A stretch of 63,408 bases of DNA, the filler included, from Octopus bimaculoides (taxonomy: Eukaryota): NCBI RefSeq assembly GCF_001194135.2. It is 5 parts of 4 records of this genome, joined end to end, with 100 filler letters (N's around TTAATTAATTAA, not from the genome) between each part and the next. Parts side by side here need not be neighbours in the genome. Positions count along the whole stretch, not along the records: positions 1 to 13,896 come from NC_068981.1; 4 more parts are not named here. One strand, given 5' to 3'. Shown piece by piece: positions 1-11,950 of this stretch (positions within the stretch are counted from its first letter, which is position 1; every line of letters starts with the position of its first letter). Under the pieces are notes generated by a model. That model was not told the origin of the DNA and searched no databases. It was given only the letters and a program-made list of their open reading frames with translations. Both the position numbers and the translations under genes were made by a program.

Positions 1-460
1 TATATATATATATATATATATATATCAGTTGGTGCTATTATTAAATTAGATATGGTCTTGACCAATTTTTGGCCGAAACATATCTAAGTTATCTAAGTTA
101 TGTACGTTTTACAGAATCGCAGTGTAGTTCAATTTGATAGATAATACTTCAAAATTAACATCAATATTAAGTTTCAATTCCTGAATATTAGATTTATATT
201 CATCTAACTTCAGGGTTATTATCATGAATGATAATCATCATAATCTTGCAGCTAATAATCTTATAACTTGTGAAATGTAAAATTAGAAATATGTTGGCTT
301 AAAATTTGTTGCCTTAAATTTTGCTGAGCTTCTCTTTCTGCAGCCGAAATATTCCGAAAGTCTTATAAGATATTGACAATTGGCCAACAAGTATACAGCT
401 TACAAACGATCACGATTTAAAGAAATTCCGTTGTTTAAGTAGTTATTCGGTTAAAATAAA

Positions 461-846
461 TGTGATTGAGTGGTAAGAAGTTTGCTTCCCAACCAATTGG
501 TCCGGGTTTCAGTCCCAGTGCGTGGCACATTAAACATGTGTTTTTTTTTTTGCTATAGCCTTGAACTGACCGGAGTCTAGCCGTCTATCTGTCTGTCTAT
601 CTGTCTATCTATCTATCTGTGCGTGTGTGTGTGTTTGTGTCTGTGTTTCTCTGTCTCCCCCACAGTTTGATCACCTGTGTTGGTGTGTTTACGTTCTCGT
701 AACTTAGCGTTTTGCCAAAACAGAGCCGATAGAATTAAGTACTAGGCTTAAAAAAAGGAACACTTATCAAACAGTTCGGCTAAAATTCTTCACGGTGAGG
801 ATCCAGCATGGCCGAAGTCTAATGAGTGAAACAACTAGAAGATAAA
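461..846 (+). mobile_element. tRNA-derived SINE family A (internal microsatellite), diverged
   Basis: Head GAGTGGTAAGAAGTTTGCTTCCCAACC...GGTTTCAGTCCC and tail ...CCAGCATGGCCG..GTCTAATGAGTGAAAC are shared with many copies in the window. Confidence 0.8.
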
Positions 847-854
847 TATATATC

Positions 855-1155
855 TACATTATTTACATTTGACGGATATTTGTCCTCAACTTGTTTGGCG
901 TAGTAGTTAAGAGCGCGGGCTACTAACTCCATGATTCCGAGTTCGATTCCGGGCAGTGACCTGAATAATAATAATAACATCGAAAACTATCTTAGGAATA
1001 AGAACACAGGTTCGAAATTTCCCCAAGACACCTGATGAAGGCTGGCGGTTATACCAGCCGAAACGTTGTGTTAACAACAAACAAGATGAGGACAAATATC
1101 CGTCAAATGTAAATAATGTAACGTACATAATCCCTCATCTCTTAAATATAGAACT
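855..1155 (+). mobile_element. tRNA-headed, hammerhead-bearing retroelement with an inverted 5' copy of its own tail
   Basis: A-box-like TGGCGTAGTAG (896-906) and B-box GAGTTCGATTCC, then short (AAT)n, the hammerhead and an A-rich tail. 855-896 is the reverse complement of 1079-1120 (one mismatch). A second copy lies at about 49600-49755 (-). Confidence 0.7.
1027..1072 (+). ncRNA. Minimal type I hammerhead ribozyme (Penelope-type), family 1
   Basis: GACAC-CTGATGA-A-GGCTGG(cggttata)CCAGCC-GAAA-CG-T-T-GTGTT. Stem I is GACAC/GTGTT, stem II is 6 bp, stem III is the palindrome ACGT, and the cleavage triplet is GUU. Confidence 0.8.
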
Positions 1156-1764
1156 TTAAATATATATCTGTATTACGGGCGTTGTATTAACAGATGTTAC
1201 GTGATATTAGGAAGAACTACATATCTCAACTGATGATGTAAGGCCTTAGAGAACATTAAAAGCACGAATAGACACATTAGCCAGGCTAATTTATTACTCA
1301 TTTCTACCGTTTTCTTACATTTTTGTTGAGGTTGAATAAAGTAATATTCTTGGAAGTTTGAATTATTTTTAGTGAGAAATAAGCGAAGGTCGAAGCCAAG
1401 TACAATTTCAAGCTTAATTCCCTGGTTGGGCTTGATTACATTAGATTTTATTTAATTTACATAGCAATACACATGAACAATAACATCGTTAATTATGGTT
1501 TCCAACTTCAACAATGTTAGTTTAAAATCAATAAATCTGAGACGTCATGTCTTCCAAATCGAGATCAATATAATAAGGGAAATATTGGTTACGTAAGTAA
1601 CACATTCAGAAACATAGTTTGGTAAAAGTGAAGGCAAATGTTTTAAAACAATGGAACATCTTGAAACTGGGACTTTTAATACCTGAAATATATATTGTTG
1701 TTAGTGTTTAAGGAGAGTACAAGCTAACAAAAGAAATATGCGAATGTATGTACCAAAGCGAATG

Positions 1765-1990
1765 CGAGTGGCGTCGTAGATGAAGTGTTGCTCTCTAGAG
1801 CGTGGTTTCGATTCTCTGCCTGGTTATGTTTTTGAGCGAAGCACTTCATTTCATGTTGCGCTACCAGCCTCACATGTGAGTGAGTAACACTACACGGGAC
1901 TGGCGTCCCATTCAGGAGGAATGAACTCTCGGTCACTTAAATGCCCTGAAAACCAGGTAGCTGATCATGTGAGTCCTATGACGTGAGTGA
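1765..1990 (+). mobile_element. Old SINE (family D-like head)
   Basis: GGTTTCGATTC B-box-like motif, TTTTGAGCGAAGCACTTCATTTCATGTTGC, and GGACTGGCGTCCCATTCAGG core-like motif. Confidence 0.55.
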
Positions 1991-2061
1991 ATAATGTACA
2001 GGGCTTGGTGTTAGTGTATGTAGTAGGTGCGTATTTATTTTAATTTTAATATCAATTAAAG

Positions 2062-2195
2062 ACGGTGAGCTGGCGGAATCGCTGGGCAAAATGCTCAATG
2101 ACATTTCAACCTTCTTTATGTTGTACGCTCTAATTCCGCCGACGTCAGCTTTGCCTTTCATCCTTTCGTGGTTGATAAAATAAGTACCAGTTGTG
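2062..2195 (+). mobile_element. tRNA-derived SINE family B
   Basis: GAGCTGGCGGAATCG...AATTCCGCCGACGTCAGCTTTGCCTTTCATCCTTTCG..GATAAAATAAGTACCAG. Confidence 0.75.
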
Positions 2196-3299
2196 CACCA
2201 ATATTTGAAACCAATATTTCGATATCATTTTATATCACAAAAACCGTCTGCCTTTTTGCAAGCTACATGGAATGTATTGTAGCTTATAGAGCAACGGCTT
2301 GCCAGACCATATCTCATCATTTACATGGCGTTGTGTATCTGGTAAAATTTTCTATACTCAAAGGCCTCGTCGTCTTGTTATAAATAGCAACACTAAGATC
2401 AGCTGCGGAATCATTATATAACTGATAATTGTTCTGTTAACTTTAAGCAGTTTTATGAAATATTTCATCCATTGTTGAGTTAGTTGCTTGAGGAGAGAAA
2501 TGTTCCTAACAATCTCACTTTCTCTTAATAGATAATAACATTTTTCAGTGGTTCTCTAAGAATACAAAAGGATTTAGCAAATCAATTATATATAAATACT
2601 GAATCTCAGGATAGTTTTGGTTCAATCATTTAAAATAAATGGTGATTCTTTGTAAAATATTTGACTAAGTGATAACACAATCATCATCTTGAAGCTTTCT
2701 AGATCAAATGTACCAGCTTCCTACAACAGCTTCAGAATTTCCTCCTACACCAGAATTTAAGGTTCAAATATATCTATAAATCTTTCTAAAAATGTATATC
2801 TATCATTAAATGTAACCTTAATTTTTCAATTAATAAATCAATTTTCCTGTCCCCAGCGCAATTAAGAATGCCCACCTCTACTTTCTGGTGTTGAATCGGA
2901 GTACTTTCTAGCAGCAGTTAAAAATTAAGCTCTAGCGAAATTTATGGTTTAAAATGTTTTCGATTGCTGATAGAACCTTACTTGAGGCAGGATTTTAGCT
3001 ACTCTTCGTCTGTGTATAAGTTTAAGATTCGAAAATACTTTTTTAATGACCGGGATGTAATTTCAGAGAAAGTGTTTTGATCTAAGATCGTGTGTTGAAA
3101 CCAAAACGATTTCAGCGTAGACGACGCAAGGTAGCCATTCAGAAACACACAGAAATCTATTAACTTCACTTGAAACATTTATTATTTTTAATATGGTTTC
3201 AAAATTTTCGTCGGTCAAAACTGTGACCTGGTCACTGAGAAATGTGTACTGGATCTCTTGAGATGCAGCACAGAAGTAAGTAAGTAACCTCATTTATGT

Positions 3300-3540
3300 T
3301 TCTTATTTCTTTATTGTCCACAAGGAGCTAAACATAGAAGGGACAAACAAGGACAGACAAAGGGATTAAGTCGATTACATCGACCCCAGTGCGTAACTGG
3401 TACTTAATTTATTGACCCACCCTGAAAGGATTACAGGCAAAGTGGACCTCGGCGGAATTTGAACTCAGAACGTAACGGCAGACAAAATAGCGTTAGGCAT
3501 TTCGCCCGGCGTGCTAACCACTCTGCCAGCTCGCTGCCTT
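3300..3540 (-). mobile_element. SINE family B, full-length with tail
   Basis: Reverse complement: GGCAGCGAGCTGGCAGAGTGGTTAGCACGCCGGGCGAAATG (A box) ...GAGTTCAAATTCCGCCGAGG (B box) ...tail TTTGTCTGTCCTTGTTTGTCCC. Confidence 0.9.
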
Positions 3541-4635
3541 CAGCGTCATTCACGTTTCTTCGTGGTTGACTTATGCATTCCACACTCCAATAGTTTCTTA
3601 TTTAGGTTTCAGTATTTGCTATAATCTATAAAATTAAAATGTCAAAGATTGGATTAAGAGATGTTGGCATTCAGCCTTGCGATGGATCAAAATTTACGGG
3701 TAGATTTGCATGTGAAATATGTTTGTTCTTTTTCGCCTTTGATAGCGTAATAAGTGAAAGCGGGACAGCGCCCAGAACCAATTTGACGGTTTCAAAGAAG
3801 AGGAAGAAGAATGCTATGAAGTTAACCTCAGACTGGAGGCTTGCACTGAACGCTTTCACATGAAAGGAACGGCCATATTTTAGTGGAGTCGGGAGAAGGT
3901 TCAACTATACGGTTCAAGAACAGAAACAATCTCTTTGATGAAGTTCCACACAGATTTTATCTCTCAAATTGAACTCAATGTTTTCGCCCATCCAACACAG
4001 CAGTAGAAGTCATTCGCCCAATATCACTAAGTATCACTCTGAGGTCATCATCAGAATCAGAGACAAGAATGAAACAGCTGGAAGCAGAAAAAGCTGAATC
4101 GACTGGAACAAAGTAAAAATAATAACCTAGCTCTAGAACACAACGCGCCACCTGTCCCAGGAACTGAAACGACGATATTACGATTGTGAACCAAGTAACT
4201 TAATCACAAACCAAGTGGTTTCACTTATCACATCATTAAATGGTTCAATAACTTAACCACTTTCCATTCCATTATTGAACAGGAGAGTCGAAATGCTTAG
4301 CGGTATTTCGTCTGTCTTTAGGTTCCGAGTTCAAATCCTCTCACTGGTCATTTCTTCACCAAACGTTTAGTTGATATCGTGAGCAGTTTCATTTGCTTTA
4401 CGTCCTTTTTTGAGGTGAATTATAAGATTGCTTGAATATCGCGCTTCGTCATTTCCATTTCAGATGGTTGTAACAACGGTGAAAAAAATATTAATGTTAA
4501 TTTATTGATGCATTCGAGCAAGTCTATGTCTGTAATAGACATTTGCAATACAACGCTTAAACAAATTCAAAACTGCAAAAATCGGGTACAAATTCTTTAT
4601 GGACCAAAGCATTGTTTACTTTTCACTCAACCTGA

Positions 4636-4677
<42 letters not shown>

Positions 4678-4799
4678 CTCAAGAAACTATTAGTAGGACA
4701 TAAAAACATGTATTGTGTCTATTAAATAATATTTATCTCTCACCATATGGACTACTTTTTCTTGATCTTACTATCGCGGAATAGCACCTTATATAGATA

Positions 4800-4856
<57 letters not shown>

Positions 4857-5439
4857 ATGTGTGTATGTATGTGTGTATGTATAGGGGGGAAACAAGGTCA
4901 AGAAAATGGAGAATAAATGGATATAATTACTGATTTAATTGCGTGTTATATGATGATCACCTAAGTGGAGTTTCTCTTTTTTCCCCTAATGAGATGATAG
5001 CATTGTTTTACATCATTTTATTCCCTCCGGAATAATACCAATGTTTTCTGCCAAACATATGTCCGAAAGATTTGAATAACACCTGCGTTTAAATACATTT
5101 CTCAATACATATATATATATATANNNNNNNNNNNNNNNNNNNNNNNNNNNNNNTGCGAGTAAAAATAAATACAAAAAAGGTGGTTTCTTTGTATGATTGT
5201 GTATAGAGGAATATATTATTTTGTTTCCAACACTGTCTGTTTTTTATGTTTTATTTATATTCCTGCAGAACCAATGTGGGGTATAGAATATGGAATATAC
5301 AATATATAATATAATATACAATATATAATATAAAATAAAATAAAATAAAAATGGATGGCACCATGAAATAAAGTATTGAATGTAGATGAAATATTGAGTG
5401 TTCAATATAAAGGATCAAATATATAAATATAAATATATG

Positions 5440-6300
5440 AAGGCGACTCGAGTTTCAGGGCTATTTCCCTTCGTCATGGCCGGGTGACATTTAAGCTCTG
5501 ATTTGAAAGTTTTGGTAGAAATGACGCTAAGTATTCTGTCTGAAGCTCTGTCGACATTACCAGTTCGCTTCCATCAGCTTTGATGTAGATGACCGAAGGA
5601 AAACGATTGACTGAATGAAGACCTGTAGTGGGTACACGATCTCAGATGGATAGAATGGGTGAAATATTGTAATTTGGGGTGTGAAGACGCTTGGCCTACT
5701 GTTTAGGATTGGGTGTACACGTTTATAATACCATGAGATCGATTGCTATGCTGGGTGGCATTGCTCCCATCAATTCTGCTGAAAATGAGTATTAGCTGAC
5801 GGCTGATACAAGCCTCTCTCTTCGTTCAGCTGTCACATTCTTGATGCTACGTGGGGTTAAATGGAATAGGGTCAATAGGGTTTTTATGTCTGACTGCAAC
5901 TACATAGCCCCCTAACGCAAGTAGAGGAGGTGCAGTGCGAGTTACCAGGTCATACTGTCATGTGAGTGACGCTTAAACATAAATGACTGGGTTTGGATGA
6001 GAGATTAAAGAGAAAGCAATGAATGGGTCGGAAAGGTGTGAGTGTCGAAGGAATGGGACAGCTATTTCTAGGGAGCAGAGGTCACTGATGTATCGATAGT
6101 TATGGCAGACAGAAGTGACAGCATATCTCAGGGAAAGATATTACAGTGATTGTGGTATTGGTGAGTGATTCTATGTCAATCAATCTAGTGTGCGGACGTC
6201 GTGCAGGCTAGGATGTCTGTATGTGTATCAGTATTAGTCTGTATGTGTAGTAGTATTGGTCTGTTTGTGTAGCAGTATTGTCTGAGACGGCAACCTGATT
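5440..6300 (-). mobile_element. Putative Penelope-like element relic
   Basis: Higher-GC, non-microsatellite block ending (minus strand) in a hammerhead followed by an AT-rich tail. No convincing intact ORF. Contains three imperfect 21-22 bp tandem units at 6219-6283. Confidence 0.45.
5442..5481 (-). ncRNA. Minimal type I hammerhead ribozyme, family 2 (extra A in the core)
   Basis: Reverse complement: GGC-C(A)TGACGA-AGGG(aaatag)CCCT-GAAA-CTCGAG-T-C-GCC. Stem III is the palindrome ACTCGAGT, the triplet is GUC, and stem I is GGC/GCC. Confidence 0.7.
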
Positions 6301-7067
6301 TCAATTCTCGATTTTTTGAGAGTGAAAGATAGAACTAGAGAGTAAGAGAGAGAGTAAAAGAGAGAGAACCAAGAAAACATCGAACGTCAATACATACAAA
6401 AACGTCAATAATCGTAAAGTTTAGTTCTCTTTTCTCCCAATAGAATACGATTAATTGCTTTATATTTTGTGTTGCTTCTGCCAGCACAAACCTGTAGAAG
6501 GAATATAAAATATAATTTGAAAACAACAAAATATTTTGCAAACGAATGAAGAAATACAACGTTTCTCTGTATTTTAATTACAGTATGCAATAAATGAGCG
6601 GAATCTTTTTATGAATAATTGATAAAAATCGATAGGAAGAAATTATAACAACTCATCAAAACTGTTAAGATGATTTAAATGATTTCAATGAATGGATCCT
6701 ATTCTAAGCGTCATGGAACATTCTAGGAGAAAGTGTCTTTCATTAATATTACAAATTATTTCATGGTTAAAGTTAAAAATAAACAATGATAGGAAGAAAG
6801 TGTTGAAGTCCCAAAACTATTGGCTGTTAATTAACGTAAAATCTTTATTGAGTTATTAAAGCTAAGAAAACGGGAAAAAGCAAGGAAATGCGTGTGAAGC
6901 ATGTGTGTATAGGATATTGTGTTGTATAATACTTGAGATGTGTCAACTATACAATATTTATTATGTGGGAATATCTGAATGAAACACACCAGGAGGCATA
7001 TGAATACACTAAGTTGGCAAAAGGAGAAAGTAATTCCAGTATATATATATATATATATATATATATG

Positions 7068-7139
<72 letters not shown>

Positions 7140-7155
7140 AGGGAAATAAAACATT

Positions 7156-7195
7156 TTAGTACCGGTTTCAGTTATTGAGACTTTTTCAACTCTAA
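7156..7195 (-). ncRNA. Variant hammerhead ribozyme (U3-A8 core), family 3
   Basis: Reverse complement: TTAG(AG)-TTGAAAA-AGT(ctcaata)ACT-GAAA-CCGG-T-A-CTAA. Stem III is the palindrome ACCGGT and the triplet is GUA. TTGAAAA replaces the C3-G8 pair with U3-A8. Stem I is imperfect. Confidence 0.55.
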
Positions 7196-8351
7196 GTATG
7201 GAAAACAATTAAATTTCAGAAAAATTGATGGGTTCGAGGTCGTTGCGAATTCTTGGCAGAGAAGAAGAAGAATTAGAAGAAGAAAAGAATGCAGGAGTGA
7301 TATGATACTAGTAGGATGTTAAATGGTCAAGTGTCCTGAAAGTGACTTGTTGGGGAACGTAGTATCGATTGAATTCGTGAGGTATCTCTTTTGAATGTAT
7401 TGCTTTTAATATTTGTGTGGGTGTTATTCTAAGCAGCAGTAGTAGTAAAGTAAGGAAGGAGGTGGCGGAGAAGAAGATGAAGAAGAAGAAGGAGAAGGAG
7501 AAGAAGAGAAAGAATAATACAAGAATGCGGGAGTGGTATGATAGTAGTAGGATGTTAAATGGTCAAGTGACTTAAATGTGGCTCGTTATGGATTATAGTA
7601 GTGATTGGGACTGTTTTTAATGAATTCTTGGGTATTTTCTTGGGTTTATGTATAAAATAGAACAAAAAGGCAATAGAGGACAATGAAACATTCGGACAGA
7701 TAGATGATACAAAGACGGGCAGAAGAAACAACAATTAGAAGGACAGGCAAAAAAGGACGCCCCCAAAATTTCGGGCCTTGTGCCTAGAGTAGAAAAGAAC
7801 ATTTTGTTTAAACAGTCGCAGGAGAACATCTAGCAAGAAAGACAAGAATAACAAGAGCGGGGATGAACTTTCAGAGAAGCGATATTCTGGGGCTGAAGGA
7901 TTGGTCATTGAGATTAGAGCGAGGACAGAGTGCTTCGATGTTTGAGTGTGAAGTCACAAAACCAACCACTTTTATATATATTATATATCTTGGGATTAGG
8001 TTCACGTGAATTATTTAGTTGCTATCTGTTGTATCAGTCCATGAGAAAGAAGAAACGAATTTCACTCCAGGATACACCGAAGAAAGAAGTGAATGAGAAA
8101 CTTAAAGGAATGCCTCAAAATATTTTATCTTCTGATTTCCTCATTTTATCATGCACGAGCTTTGATGTCTGATTAACAATAATATAGGAATATTAAAAGA
8201 CAAATGGAAAGAGTAAGCAAGAAATTCAGTGTGTTTGTGCGTGTGTTTGTGTGTGTGTGTGCGTGGTGGTGGGTAATTACAGTCTCTTTGAAGACAACAA
8301 ATTTGATATAATAGGAAATTGTGATGATTCATTTGAGAATAACAAATATGG

Positions 8352-8388
<37 letters not shown>

Positions 8389-8643
8389 NNNNNNNNNNNN
8401 NNNNNNNNNNNNNNNNNNNNNNNNNNNNNNNNNNNNNNNNNNNNNNNNNNNNNNNNNNNNNNNNNNNNNNNNNNNNNNNNNNNNNNNNNNNNNNNNNNNN
8501 NNNNNNNNNNNNNNNNNNNNNNNNNNNNNNNNNNNNNNNNNNNNNNNNNNNNNNNNNNNNNNNNNNNNNNNNNNNNNNNNNNNNNNNNNNNNNNNNNNNN
8601 NNNNNNNNNNNNNNNNNNNNNNNNNNNNNNNNNNNNNNNNNNN

Positions 8644-9495
8644 TGTAAGTACCTGTGTATTCCAGCTAGTGGTTGCGGTGAAAGAATAAATTGTAAATCC
8701 AAAAAATAACAACAAAACTACAAAGGATTCCGCGGTACACGTGTTTCAAGCTTTATATGTGTATAATATAATATGTGTATAATTTACAATGTAAAGCTAT
8801 CCTCAGCCGCAAAATTATTTCTCTTCCAGGAAATCATACCACCTCGGCGTTGAAGTAGGAAGAAAGCTGTGATGTAAGAGGTGAAGATCCTTTCGGTATT
8901 CTGTATAGTACTATACCTCGTATAATTCTCCACCCAGACATAATCTCTCTGGTCCTCCGAAAACCTTCCATACCTTGCCACGATTCAATGTGTAGTGTTA
9001 AGTTGGTGGTTAAGAACAATACAATACAATAAAAAAGACATACACAGATATTCATGTAAAAATGTAAGAATAAACTTAAAATTAAAATAAAACTTAAAAT
9101 AAAATAAAATAAAATAAAATAAAAAAATAAAAAATAAATAAAGGGAGTCATATTGGTGGGGCGGGTAATCTAGGAAGTAATAAGAGAAAGTCTGGATAGT
9201 CAAGTAAGCTACATCTAAGCTATTTAGATGTGTTGGTGAAGGGTGGTGAGGAACAATCTAAATGTAGCAGAAGAAGATAAAGTGATAAATAGAGTAGATA
9301 CAGAGATCTTAACGGTCGTAAGGGATAGATATGTATGAGCTGTGTCTGTCTATATCAGTGGTGGGTCGTAAATAAGAAGTGTCATGCCAGAGTAGACTTG
9401 GAACATGAAATTATACACATATTATATTATACACATATAAAGCTTGAAACACGTGTACCGCGAAATCCTTTGTAGTTTTGTTGTTATTTTTTGGA
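8644..9495. mobile_element. Hammerhead family 4 element (-, 8644-9008) with an inverted truncated copy (+, about 9427-9495)
   Basis: 8644-9008 is near-identical to 38721-39027 plus 39241-39316. 9427-9495 repeats its hammerhead 3' half and downstream sequence in the opposite orientation. Confidence 0.8.
8730..8812 (-). ncRNA. Minimal type I hammerhead ribozyme, family 4 (16-nt duplication in loop II)
   Basis: Reverse complement: TTGCGG-CTGAGGA-TAGCTTT...AAAGCTT-GAAA-CACGTG-T-A-CCGCGG. Same family as 38764-38830. Confidence 0.8.
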
Positions 9496-9874
9496 TTTAC
9501 AATTTATATATATATATATACAACACATATATGAAGTATACTACATATATGCCATATATATATATATATACATGGTAAATGAAAGATGGATGATGGAAGA
9601 TACGGAAATTTTTATTAATCACAACAATTGTTTCAGCACATCTGGAGTCAATACCTCACGGGTGGGATACTTAACAGATGGTTCAGGAGCATCTGACGGT
9701 GCAGATGTGTCTCTTCGGGGTGATAAAATGATATAACACGTTAAAATACCAATTCCTCAATGTATCTTCTCATTTCGTGTAAAAAAAAGCAAACAGTAAA
9801 TTAAGGATATATCTTCATTTATATAGAAGATCATAAATACAATGACAGATCCCAAAAAAGAAACGAACCCGCAA

Positions 9875-9935
<61 letters not shown>

Positions 9936-10714
9936 CTTGTCTATCTATCTATCTATNNNNNNNNNNATATATATATATATATAAACCTGCTTTAAGTTAT
10001 ATTTTTGGCATACATAGGTCTTGAATATATATTTGTTTGGTCAGCGTGATACTATATCAGTTTGCTTGATTTTTCGATCTGTCAGTCGAAACTTCGGTAG
10101 CTAACGCTGAGCATTTGCAATTTACGGTGAAATCAAGTGATACAGTTGAGCAATCCGCCGGTACTGGCAATAATTTCTTCAGCAGATATAGTAGTCTGTG
10201 GTTTTTATCCCATTTTCGTCTACACAAGATGAATTCGTGAGACGTTTACCACAGTCTTAGGCGTTCTAAACTAGACATCCTAATTAAGTTGGATTTACTA
10301 GTTAATATTCATTACAAAGGCTGCTTTTGTTGTTAACAGCTAATTTATAATATATCTGGTATAAACATTGTGGCTTATTTAAAAAGAATAGTACTTTCGG
10401 ATGTTAAAAAGTAATACTAATGGGTTTCCTGTTCATAAGGGGTTTATCTTTATTGTGTATCGTCAGACCCCAAGACCTATTGGCCTATGACGTCTTTAAA
10501 ATATCGACTTCCGGCTGTACTGCCATCGTTCAGCTATGAGGGTAAACAAAACAGGATCATCTCCCTCTCCCGTTAGGTATGAACTTCCGGTGGTTCCCAA
10601 TAGGCCAGCAGAAATCTCCTAAAATGAAACATGGTCCGAAAAATATATATGTGTATGCATGTATGTATGTATGTATGTATGTATGTATGTATGCATGTAT
10701 GTATGTGTGTGTGA

Positions 10715-10892
10715 TTGTGTTTGTCCTCCACTGCTGTTTTAGAATGGGTGGTGTTTTGCCTAGCGTTTCGTCAAAAGAGACCGATAGAAAAATTACCATA
10801 CGTAAAAAAGTACTGGGGCTAAAATATTTTCGACTAATGTCTTTAAAGCGGTGACCCACGCATGGCAATAGTCCAGTGACTGAAATAAGTAA
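10715..10892 (+). mobile_element. SINE family A 3' half
   Basis: AAAAGAGACCGATAGAA...GCGGTGACCCACGCATGGC..GTCCAGTGACTGAAA tail match. Confidence 0.65.
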
Positions 10893-10897
10893 CGCGC

Positions 10898-10950
<53 letters not shown>

Positions 10951-11534
10951 AACACACACACACTTCTTGGAAGAAATAAAATGTTAAAAACCATTCTAGG
11001 AATGTTCTAGGTTTTCTACACGATCGATAAATCCGTGAAGATTCATTTTATGTTATTACTAGTAGCCAATTATTTGGTGAAAGGTAAGTAATCTTGGTTT
11101 ATTGTCATCGAACATAAAAGGCTCCTGCTTTCTATTTCAACCAAGAAAATATAAAAAGCTCGTCAGAAGGAGAGAGGAGTTCAGAAAATGAAACCGTAAT
11201 TGCGGTGATTGTATTACAGAAAAAATCATATAACCCCAATAATAGTTTTTGAACTCACTAATTTTAGAATTTGATATGATGGGCTAAGATTAAACAAATT
11301 TTCTTATTTCTGTGGACACGTGTCTCTGTAAATCCACAAACATATATAGACACAGAAACACGCATCGCATCCCAAATGGAAGACATTAATGAACATTTAC
11401 AGATGTGGATATATGTATTCATACAAAAGCGGGCACATACACACACGCACATTTGTATATGTGATCATATATTTATATGCATATATCTATATGCAGAAGA
11501 ACCGCGCTCGCGTACGTGTTTATATATGCGTATA

Positions 11535-11950
11535 GGCGCAGGAGTGACTGTGTGGCAAGAGATTGTTTGGTAACCACATTTCCGGTTTCAGTCCCTCTAC
11601 GTAGCATTTTAGGCAAGTGTTTTCGTTTATACTCTCGGATCGACCAAAGCTTTGTGGGTAGATTTGGTAGACGGAAGCTGAAAGAACTCCGTTTTACACA
11701 CACACACACATACACACACACACACACATGCATGTTTGTTCCAGTGTGTGTGTCTTCCTGTCTGTGTTTTTCTCCCTCACCACAGTTACACAACCCGTGT
11801 TGGTGTGTTTATTAGGAAATAGGAACCGATGGAATAAGTACCACTCTTAACTAAAATTAAGTACTCTTGACGATGCATTGGACAGAAAATTCATCAAGGT
11901 GGTGTCTCAGGATACCCATAGTCTAATGATAAGAGAGGATACAGACAAGA
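11535..11950 (+). mobile_element. SINE family A, diverged full-length copy
   Basis: GGCGCAGGAGTGACTGTGTGG head, GATTTGGTAGACGGAAGCTGAAAGAA core, microsatellite and tail. Confidence 0.75.

Noticed and set aside
46-87. Imperfect hairpin containing CCGAAAC
   Set aside because: No CTGANGA core in a valid position. At most an inverted fragment of a decayed repeat.
897-960. tRNA gene
   Set aside because: A and B boxes are present, but there is no complete cloverleaf or acceptor stem and no terminator. It is treated as a SINE head, as are the other tRNA-like heads.
6550-6592. GAAACGTT with a 5-bp stem (minus strand)
   Set aside because: The core has two mismatches (TTGCATA) and there is no stem I.
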